From positions 1-44,018 of the forward strand of contig CANQAF010000002.1 of NCBI GenBank assembly GCA_947588975.1: a DNA stretch of 44,018 nt. The letters run 5' to 3'. A model generated the notes under the pieces. It saw only the letters and a program-made list of their open reading frames with translations. It was not told the origin of the DNA and did not search any database. The translations under genes and the position numbers were made by a program. Below are positions 43,930-44,018 of this stretch, piece by piece (the stretch's first letter is position 1; each line of letters begins with the position of its first letter). This DNA comes from an uncultured Bacilli bacterium. GTDB taxonomy: Bacteria; Bacillota_I; Bacilli_A; RF39; UBA660.

Positions 43930-44018
43930 AACATGCTCCCCTTTTTTAGGCTATAATATATCATGTTTTAAAAGGTAAGTCAAATTCATTTATAATGAAA
44001 AAAGAAAAGAATCTATTT

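Overview
This is a very AT-rich window (about 70% A+T by eye, not computed) and almost entirely coding. It looks like core chromosome of a low-GC, endospore-forming Firmicute, possibly Erysipelotrichia- or Clostridia-like, though I cannot place the taxon from sequence alone. Sporulation markers present are gpr, spoIIM, spoIVB, ylbJ and ymxH-like. I found no rRNA, tRNA, CRISPR array, transposase or prophage signature.

Recognisable housekeeping blocks:
- The dnaG-sigA-trmK operon
- nusB-xseA-xseB, frr, and cdsA-rseP
- holA, rpsT, mnmA, and xerD-deoB
- rarA, uvsE, dps-zupT, and a fused rfbC-rfbD

The least ordinary content is a dispersed type IV pilus / competence-pseudopilus-like machinery:
- **Locus 1:** a ComGA/PilB-type ATPase with a long acidic tail (6184-7800), divergent from two prepilins (7907-8975).
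- **Locus 2:** an operon at 23608-27190. It encodes a PilC platform with a polytopic N-terminal extension of about 200 aa, a prepilin peptidase, and a prepilin-like protein.
- **The prepilin-like protein:** its body is colinear, from memory, with the ALK/LTK-type glycine-rich domain. This is my best candidate for something undescribed.
- **DNA uptake genes:** comEA-comEC lie at 34383-37176.

Other points worth a second look:
- A translationally coupled ApbE / NusG-II / Gx-transporter / FMN-binding-lipoprotein operon (2038-4435).
- A 578-bp ORF-free, extremely AT-rich gap between convergent genes, next to a NERD nuclease gene and an Asn-rich micro-protein (15534-17844).
- A candidate 34-codon membrane micro-gene below the ORF-track size cutoff (13458-13562).

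All functional calls come from motif recognition in the supplied translations. No database search was run.
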